From Alphaproteobacteria bacterium (lineage in GTDB: Bacteria; Pseudomonadota; Alphaproteobacteria; RF32; CAG-239), in NCBI GenBank assembly GCA_017626035.1, contig JAGAJR010000018.1, positions 36,329 through 100,328 on the forward strand: a stretch of DNA of 64,000 nucleotides, read 5' to 3'. Position 1 is the stretch's first letter. Each line of letters begins with the position of its first letter. Positions 57,483 through 64,000 of the stretch are shown in pieces. The notes under the pieces were generated by a model. That model was given only the letters and a program-made list of their open reading frames with translations. It searched no databases and had not been told where the DNA came from. The position numbers and the translations under genes were made by a program.

Positions 57483-58736
57483 ATGAACAAATTTTTAACT
57501 TTAACCGCAATCGGAACCGTTATGCTTGCCGCAGGAAATGCTCAGGCTGCCGGTTTCTTGTTGCGTGAACAATCCGTTGCCGGAATGGGCAATGCTTTCG
57601 CCGGAGCTACTGCCGGAGCGGAAGATCCTTCTTACTCTTTTTACAATCCGGCCGGTTTGACCATGCATTACGGAACAAAATTATCCGCTAACGCAACAGC
57701 CATTGTCGGTAATGTTGAGGGATATGACGCAGTTGGGCCGAACGGGGCTTATACTTCTGAGATGAGCCACCCGGTTGATAAAGCCGTTTTGCCGTCAGTT
57801 GCCGTTTCTCACCAGATTAACAATCGCTTGTCCGCAGGCTTGTCTTTGAATGCTCCGTTCGGATTGATTACGGATTACAGCCAAAACTGGGCAGGTGCCA
57901 ACCATGGTACGGAATCAAAATTAAACACTTATGATTTGACGCCGATGCTGGCTTATCGTGCCACCTGCAATTTGTCATTTGGTGCCGGTCTGGTTGTCCA
58001 GTATGTCAGTGCAACTTTGAAAAACGGTGCTTTGTATCACATACATCCGGCTTATTATACCAATGCGAAACTTAAAGGGGATACGACCGATATCGGATAT
58101 ACCATTGGAGCTTTGTATGAATTGACGGACAACACCCGTTTTGGTATTTCTTACCGCAGTCAGATTAATCATAAATTAAAGGGCGATATTACATTTGCCA
58201 AACAAACAGGTGCTTTGGGTTTGGTAAATCAGGATATTTCCGCAAAATTGACAACACCGGCTCTGTTGAGTATGGGTGCTTATCATGACATTAACGACAA
58301 ATGGTCGGTTATGGCTGAAATCCAAAAAACTTATTGGTCTTCTTTTGATGACTTAACAATCAAAGGCAATAAAAAAGCCGTTATCAGCCAAACAAACGAA
58401 AGTTGGAAAGACGTGTGGTTCTATTCAATCGGTGCCAGCTATCGGGTTAATGACCAGTGGAAATTAAGAGCCGGTTTGGCATTTGACCAAACCCCGGTTA
58501 ATGATTATACCCGGACGCCTCGTATTCCGGATTCAGACCGTATTTGGTATTCCGGCGGTGTGGAATATAAATTTGATGACTCTTTGACCTTGAATGCCGG
58601 ATATACTTATATTCGTGCCGAACACAGCAAAGTCAACCTGCAGGCAACAGGCTGGGATGCTTCCCGCGGAGCTTTGTCTGCCAAATATAAGGGGAACATC
58701 CACTTATTTGGTTTGTCCGCCAACTATAATTTCTGA
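57483..58736 (+). CDS. fadL: Outer-membrane long-chain fatty acid transporter (FadL/OmpP1/TodX family)
   Basis: The start was chosen at the ATG at 57483. It has a signal peptide with an AQA cleavage site, then AGFLLREQSVAGMGNAFAGATA, which is the FadL N-terminal hatch signature. The C-terminal residue is Phe. Confidence 0.8.
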   Translation: MNKFLTLTAIGTVMLAAGNAQAAGFLLREQSVAGMGNAFAGATAGAEDPSYSFYNPAGLTMHYGTKLSANATAIVGNVEGYDAVGPNGAYTSEMSHPVDKAVLPSVAVSHQINNRLSAGLSLNAPFGLITDYSQNWAGANHGTESKLNTYDLTPMLAYRATCNLSFGAGLVVQYVSATLKNGALYHIHPAYYTNAKLKGDTTDIGYTIGALYELTDNTRFGISYRSQINHKLKGDITFAKQTGALGLVNQDISAKLTTPALLSMGAYHDINDKWSVMAEIQKTYWSSFDDLTIKGNKKAVISQTNESWKDVWFYSIGASYRVNDQWKLRAGLAFDQTPVNDYTRTPRIPDSDRIWYSGGVEYKFDDSLTLNAGYTYIRAEHSKVNLQATGWDASRGALSAKYKGNIHLFGLSANYNF

Positions 58737-58812
58737 TTTTATTCTCAGGAAAATCCCCCTCTTATCAGAAGAGGGGGTAAATGGCACTAATAAAAAAACG
58801 GATACTGAATTT

Positions 58813-59538
58813 TCAGTATCCGTTTTTTACTTCATTAAGATATAGTAAGCGAGATAACATATTTTTTAATAATTCAGTTTCATCACTTTCAGCCATATGA
58901 TTAGCAAGAGATCCGCATTTTCCCAAACAATATTTATTTTTATTATAAATATTGTCATAAAAACGAAAAACAGATTTTCTGGCTTCATCTAATGTCTTTA
59001 ACATGATTTTTTGTTCCTCAATTTCAAATCCGGTAATAATCTGTTCTTTTATGGCGGTGTAAAGACATTCGTTTTCGGTATCTTCTTTGAAACAGTTTTG
59101 GATAGTTTTATCGATTTCTTTTTTGATGTCTGCGGAGATTTGGGTTGGTGATTTTTCTTTGATAACGGGAAAAGCAGATTTAAAATGTGAAATTTTATTT
59201 TTTTGAGCATCTGTGCATCCGGCAATATAAGCGAGATTTTCATAGGTATTGTTATTTTTTTTGACATAAACATAAGCAATATCTTTTTCGCTGTTATTGA
59301 TAGAGAGTATATAATAATTATTTTCCGGAGATTTTTTGATGGAAGTTTCCTTGATTGTTTCCGAAAGGGCTTCTGATTGGTTACATAATTCACAGTAATT
59401 TATAATTTCAGAGTTTTCCGGCAAAGATAGAACAGCTTTTTGTGCGGCTTCGCGGTTGATGTAGAAGCAGACATCAGCAAAAACGGTTTTAGAGTTTACA
59501 AACAAACTCAAAATTAAAAAAAATAAAAATCTTTTCAT
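58813..59538 (-). CDS. Hypothetical secreted protein (241 aa)
   Basis: It has the signal peptide MKRFLFFLILSLFVNSKTVFA. The gene is AT-rich with no recognisable domain. Confidence 0.4.
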   Translation of the reverse strand: MKRFLFFLILSLFVNSKTVFADVCFYINREAAQKAVLSLPENSEIINYCELCNQSEALSETIKETSIKKSPENNYYILSINNSEKDIAYVYVKKNNNTYENLAYIAGCTDAQKNKISHFKSAFPVIKEKSPTQISADIKKEIDKTIQNCFKEDTENECLYTAIKEQIITGFEIEEQKIMLKTLDEARKSVFRFYDNIYNKNKYCLGKCGSLANHMAESDETELLKNMLSRLLYLNEVKNGY

Positions 59539-59571
59539 TATTTAGTTCCTATATTATTTTGCTGTTTTTTA

Positions 59572-62391
59572 TTAATTACTGAGTTTAGCTTTCAGATACT
59601 TGGCTGTATAGCTTTTAGGGGATTTTGCCACTTCTTCCGGCGTTCCTTGGGCAACGATTGTTCCGCCGCCGTCGCCGCCTTCAGGTCCCATGTCAATAAT
59701 ATAATCGGCGGTTTTAATGACGTCGAGATTATGTTCGATGACAATGACAGAGTTACCGTTATCTACCAATGTATGCAAAACTTTTAAAAGTTTGTTGATG
59801 TCTTCAAAATGTAATCCGGTTGTCGGCTCATCCAAAATATACAAAGTTTTTCCGGTTGCTTTTTTGGACAGTTCTTTTGAGAGTTTGATACGTTGGGCTT
59901 CCCCGCCGGAAAGGGTGGTAGCCTGTTGTCCGAGCTTGATATAGCCCAATCCGACTTTACGGAGCAGTTCCAAACGGTTTTTAATTGACGGAATAGCGTC
60001 AAAAAAGTGGTAAGCTTCGTCAACCGTCATATCCAAAACATCGGCAATGGATTTGTCTTTATATTTGACTTCCAGCGTTTCTCGGTTGAAACGTTTGCCT
60101 TTGCAGACATCGCATTCCACATAAACATCAGGCAAAAAGTGCATTTCTATTTTGGTAACGCCGTCGCCTTTGCAGGCTTCACAACGGCCGCCGGCAACGT
60201 TGAAAGAAAAACGTCCGGCATTATATCCGCGGGCTTTGGCTTCCGGAAGATTGGCAAACCAGTCGCGGATATAGGTAAACAGTCCGGTATAAGTAGCCGG
60301 ATTGGAACGAGGTGTTCTGCCGATAGGAGATTGGTCAATATCAATAATTTTATCAATATTTTCCACGCCGAGAAGTTCGTCATATTTTCCGGCCGGAACG
60401 CGGGAGCCGTTGAGTTCTTTGTTCAAGGCGTTGGAAAGGGTTTCTAATATCAAAGAGGATTTTCCTCCGCCGGAAACGCCGGTAATGCAAGTCATGGTTC
60501 CGAGCGGAATTTTAACCGTAACGTTTTTGAGGTTGTTGGTGCGGACTCCTTTCAGTCCGACAAATTTTCCGGTGCCTTTGCGGCGTTTTTCCGGAACCGG
60601 AATAACTTTTTCTCCGTTCAAATATTGAGCCGTAAGACTGTTTTTGTTTTTAAGGACTTCTTCAACCGTTCCCTTGGCCGTAACTTGCCCGCCCAATTCT
60701 CCGGCGGCGGGACCCATGTCAACCAGATAATCAGCGGCACGAATGGCGTCTTCGTCATGTTCGACCACAATAACGGTATTGCCGATGTCTCTCAATCGGG
60801 TCAGGGTTTCAAGCAGACGGTCGTTGTCTCTTTGGTGCAGTCCGATGGAAGGCTCGTCAAGAACATACATAACTCCGGTTAATCCGGAACCGATTTGCGA
60901 TGCCAGACGAATGCGTTGAGATTCTCCGCCGGACAATGTTCCCGATTGGCGGGAAAGGGACAGGTAATCCAAACCGACATTGTTGAGAAATGTCAGACGG
61001 TCGATAATTTCTTTGAGGATTTTGTGAGCGATTTCTGCCTTTTTCGGGGAAAGCTGCTCTTCCACTTTCATAAACCAGTCGCGGGCTTTGCTGATGGACA
61101 TTTCAGACGCTTCCATAATGTCTAAACCGCATATTTTAACGGCCAGTGTTTCCGGTTTAAGGCGTTTCCCGCCGCAGAACTCGCACGGGGCGGCAGATTG
61201 GTAGTGAGAAAATTCTTCCCGCACCCACGAAGATTCGGTTTCAAGAAAACGCCGTTCCATATTCGGAATAACGCCTTCAAAAGGTTTGTCTGTCATAAAA
61301 CGGGAATAAACCATCGGAACACAAACATTCCCCGAACCGTAAAGAATAACGTGTTTGGCTTCTTCCGAGAGGTCTTTCCATTTGGTGCTTGGCGGAATTC
61401 CCAAAAATTCGCAAAGGGAATTGATTGTCTGACTGTAAAATGCCGATTTTCCGGAGTTCCACGGGGCGATGGCTCCCTGGCTTAAAGAAAGGTTCGGGTT
61501 GGGAACAATCAAATCCGGATCCATATAAAGGCGGGCTCCGATACCGTCGCAGTGCGGGCAGGCTCCGTAAGGATTGTTAAAAGAAAACAGCCTCGGCTCA
61601 ATTTCTTCAATGGTAAAACCGGACACCGGACAAGCAAACTTGGAGGAAAAAGTCGTCCGTTTTTTGGAAGAAACGTCTTCAACATAAGCAATACCGTCGC
61701 CGAGTTTTAAGGCTGTTTCAAAAGACTGGGCCAAACGTTCGTCAATGCCTTCCTTAACGGCAATTCGGTCGACAACGACTTCAATATCGTGTTTTTGATT
61801 CTTATTAAGTTCAGGGAGTTCTTCAATACCGTAAACTTCTCCGTCGATGTTAAGTCGCTGGTAACCTTGTTTCTGAAGGGATTCAAATTCTTTTTTGAAC
61901 TCGCCTTTTTTACCCCGGGCAATCGGAGCCAAAAGCATAAGTTTTGTTCCGAAAGGCATTTCTTTTACTCGGTCGACCATCTGCGATACGGTTTGGGATT
62001 CAATCGGCAGTCCGGTGGCCGGAGAATAAGGTGTTCCCGCACGAGCCCACAGCAGACGCATATAGTCGTAAATTTCGGTAACCGTTCCGACGGTGGAACG
62101 CGGATTGTGCGAGGTGGTTTTTTGTTCAATGGATATGGCCGGAGAAAGGCCTTCAATGGAATCCACATCCGGTTTTTTCATCAGTTCAAGGAATTGGCGG
62201 GCATAAGAAGACAAACTTTCCACGTAACGCCTTTGCCCTTCGGCATAAATTGTATCAAAAGCCAAAGATGATTTTCCCGATCCTGAAAGTCCGGTGATGA
62301 CGGTCAGCTTGTCTTTGGGAATATTGATATCAACATTTTTTAAGTTGTGTTCTCTGGCACCTTTGATTTCGATGAATTTATTTTCAGGCAT
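59572..62391 (-). CDS. uvrA: Excinuclease ABC subunit A
   Basis: The start was chosen at [19 protein letters not shown]. There are two ABC cassettes with [14 protein letters not shown] and [10 protein letters not shown], plus zinc-finger Cys pairs. Confidence 0.95.
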   Translation of the reverse strand: MPENKFIEIKGAREHNLKNVDINIPKDKLTVITGLSGSGKSSLAFDTIYAEGQRRYVESLSSYARQFLELMKKPDVDSIEGLSPAISIEQKTTSHNPRSTVGTVTEIYDYMRLLWARAGTPYSPATGLPIESQTVSQMVDRVKEMPFGTKLMLLAPIARGKKGEFKKEFESLQKQGYQRLNIDGEVYGIEELPELNKNQKHDIEVVVDRIAVKEGIDERLAQSFETALKLGDGIAYVEDVSSKKRTTFSSKFACPVSGFTIEEIEPRLFSFNNPYGACPHCDGIGARLYMDPDLIVPNPNLSLSQGAIAPWNSGKSAFYSQTINSLCEFLGIPPSTKWKDLSEEAKHVILYGSGNVCVPMVYSRFMTDKPFEGVIPNMERRFLETESSWVREEFSHYQSAAPCEFCGGKRLKPETLAVKICGLDIMEASEMSISKARDWFMKVEEQLSPKKAEIAHKILKEIIDRLTFLNNVGLDYLSLSRQSGTLSGGESQRIRLASQIGSGLTGVMYVLDEPSIGLHQRDNDRLLETLTRLRDIGNTVIVVEHDEDAIRAADYLVDMGPAAGELGGQVTAKGTVEEVLKNKNSLTAQYLNGEKVIPVPEKRRKGTGKFVGLKGVRTNNLKNVTVKIPLGTMTCITGVSGGGKSSLILETLSNALNKELNGSRVPAGKYDELLGVENIDKIIDIDQSPIGRTPRSNPATYTGLFTYIRDWFANLPEAKARGYNAGRFSFNVAGGRCEACKGDGVTKIEMHFLPDVYVECDVCKGKRFNRETLEVKYKDKSIADVLDMTVDEAYHFFDAIPSIKNRLELLRKVGLGYIKLGQQATTLSGGEAQRIKLSKELSKKATGKTLYILDEPTTGLHFEDINKLLKVLHTLVDNGNSVIVIEHNLDVIKTADYIIDMGPEGGDGGGTIVAQGTPEEVAKSPKSYTAKYLKAKLSN

Positions 62392-62539
62392 TTTAATCTT
62401 CTCCTTCAGCGAAAATAATATAGTGAGGAGAAGGGGGAAAGGCAATAGAAATTTTAGATAAGGGACTCTGACAAAAAACTTGCTTTTTTTTCAAATAAGG
62501 CTAATATGCGGCGAAGTTAATTAACAATAATAGTTTTGA

Positions 62540-63658
62540 ATGGTAAATTTATATAAACAAATAATCCCTGTCGTGAGTTTGCTTGCTGCAGGGGCTGCTT
62601 ATGCCGGTGTCAATATAGCCGTTATCGCACCAAAGGAAGGCGAACATCAGAAATCGGGCTATGAACTGATTTCCGGCGTAACCACGGCAGTGGAGGAGAT
62701 TAATTCCCAAGGCGGCCTGAACGGGGAGAAAATTAACCTGATAACCGTCGATGACCAGTGCGATGATCGGTTGGCGGTGTCTACGGCACAGATGATGGCG
62801 GTAAATGCGAACAGAAAAGATAAAATGTCGCTGGTTATCGGTCCTTATTGCAGCAATTCATTTGATAATGTTGCCAATATTTATGCCAAAGCCAATATTT
62901 TTCAGATTGTGCCGATAGCTTTATCGGAAAGCGATGCCAAAGAAAGCCATAAAGGCTTGGTTAAAATGGTTGGTTATAAAGACAATCAGGCTAAGGATTT
63001 TTTCAAATATTACACTCAGGCGTTTGAAGGGCAGAAAGTGGCCATTATCTATGACAGCGGCATCCGCAGCATTGTCGACTTGGCGGCGTCGGTGCAGAGT
63101 GAGTTTCGCAAAGCCGGCGTGTCTTCACTGTTGAAAGCGTTTAACTTCAGAAATTATGCTGACAATTACGATGAAATGGTTGAGGACATTACCCGCAACA
63201 ATATCCATATCGCCTATATTCTGGGCAAGCCGAAAAATATCGCAAAGATTTCTAAAAAGCTGAAAAATGAAGAACGTGATTTTGTAATTTTCACCAATAA
63301 GTATCAGGCGGGGGATGATTTCAGCAAGACAATGGGCTCCGCCGCCGAAAATACTTACCTGATAGCTTTGCCGAGCCTCAAAGACAGTCCTGATTTTGCC
63401 GAAACGCTGGTTCAACTGCGTTTGCACGGTGTGGAATTGGAGGGATTGGCTGTTTACGGCTATTCTGCAGTCAAACTGTGGGAGGAAATTGTTAATAAAG
63501 CTGATTCTTTCAAGTATGACAAATTGGCCAAAGCTTTGGAGGAAGATAAGATTGAAACCGGTTGGGGAGAAGTGATGTTTACCAACGGGAATCCTCAAAA
63601 TTCAATTAATTACGGCATTTATAAATTCTCCGGCGGCGAATATACACAGGTCTATTGA
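62540..63658 (+). CDS. Periplasmic substrate-binding protein, LivJ/LivK-like (type 1 PBP)
   Basis: A 372-aa protein with a signal peptide. GLNGEKINLITVDDQCDDRLAVSTAQMMA resembles the branched-chain amino acid binding protein N-lobe. Confidence 0.6.
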   Translation: MVNLYKQIIPVVSLLAAGAAYAGVNIAVIAPKEGEHQKSGYELISGVTTAVEEINSQGGLNGEKINLITVDDQCDDRLAVSTAQMMAVNANRKDKMSLVIGPYCSNSFDNVANIYAKANIFQIVPIALSESDAKESHKGLVKMVGYKDNQAKDFFKYYTQAFEGQKVAIIYDSGIRSIVDLAASVQSEFRKAGVSSLLKAFNFRNYADNYDEMVEDITRNNIHIAYILGKPKNIAKISKKLKNEERDFVIFTNKYQAGDDFSKTMGSAAENTYLIALPSLKDSPDFAETLVQLRLHGVELEGLAVYGYSAVKLWEEIVNKADSFKYDKLAKALEEDKIETGWGEVMFTNGNPQNSINYGIYKFSGGEYTQVY

Positions 63659-63731
63659 TTTTCTGTTTTATTATCTTTTGTTTCAGATATAATCATTGCC
63701 AGTTTTAATTAATTTATAAGGTAAAATAACT

Positions 63732-64000
63732 ATGGTTGGAAGTATCAATAAAGTAATTCTGGTCGGCAATCTCGGTGCGGACCCTAAAGTAAGCAATACT
63801 CAAAACGGTTCCAAGATTGTCAATTTAAATATTGCAACCTCAGACAGCTGGAAAGATAAATTGTCCGGAGAAAGAAAAGAAAGAACGGAATGGCATCGCG
63901 TAGTTATTTTTAACCCGCAGCTGGCCGATGTTGCCGAGAGATATTTGAGAAAAGGTTCCAAAGTTTATCTGGAAGGACAGCTCCAAACCCGCAAATGGGA
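63732..64000 (+). CDS. ssb: Single-stranded DNA-binding protein (N-terminal OB fold; runs off the window end)
   Basis: The translation reads [43 protein letters not shown]...EWHRVVIFN. It is divergent from uvrA, as in many bacteria. Confidence 0.85.
   Translation, partial: MVGSINKVILVGNLGADPKVSNTQNGSKIVNLNIATSDSWKDKLSGERKERTEWHRVVIFNPQLADVAERYLRKGSKVYLEGQLQTRKW

Overview
This is a 64-kb chromosomal window from a low-GC, flagellated alphaproteobacterium-like genome. The alphaproteobacterial assignment rests on nuoLMN-birA-rnj synteny and a FlgJ-type rod-binding protein. Protein sequences are strongly diverged and AT-rich islets are present, which suggests an intracellular or symbiont lifestyle.

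Core housekeeping content:
- Flagellar operon: flgI, a rod-binding protein, a FlgN-like protein, flgK, and partial flgL.
- ATP synthase F1 operon: atpH, atpA, atpG, atpD, atpC.
- Other genes: uvrA, partial ssb, priA, a xerC/D-family recombinase, rpmG, rnr, xthA, dGTPase, nagZ, an M50-family protease, a SPOR protein, mnmA, birA, rnj, tRNA-Lys, an ABC-F ATPase, and an aas/tetR/fadL lipid locus.

Structures that look accessory or unusual:
1. A duplicated ~680-bp module at 34605-35300 and 53651-54330. It carries a small XRE-family HTH gene preceded by a conserved promoter, a structured leader whose terminator hairpin covaries between copies, and rearranged palindromic upstream modules.
2. A tightly coupled five-gene cassette at 6.4-10.6 kb: an N-terminally truncated SNF2-like helicase, an IbrA-like PAPS-reductase/DUF3440 protein, an IbrB-like ParB nuclease, a BPL_N/GATase1-like protein, and a Bfd-like 2Fe-2S protein. 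It sits next to a LysR regulator. It may be a DNA-modification, defence or regulatory system.
3. An AT-rich LRR effector-like gene (881 aa) with its own consensus promoter, followed by a 302-aa hypothetical.
4. An AT-rich islet at the 3' end of tRNA-Lys carrying barstar-like and immunity-like orphan genes.
5. Highly diverged NuoL/M/N-like antiporter subunits with no nuoA-K upstream.
6. A lysine/alanine-rich N-terminal extension on AtpD.

All functional calls come from reading the translations and the nucleotide sequence by eye. No database searches were run.
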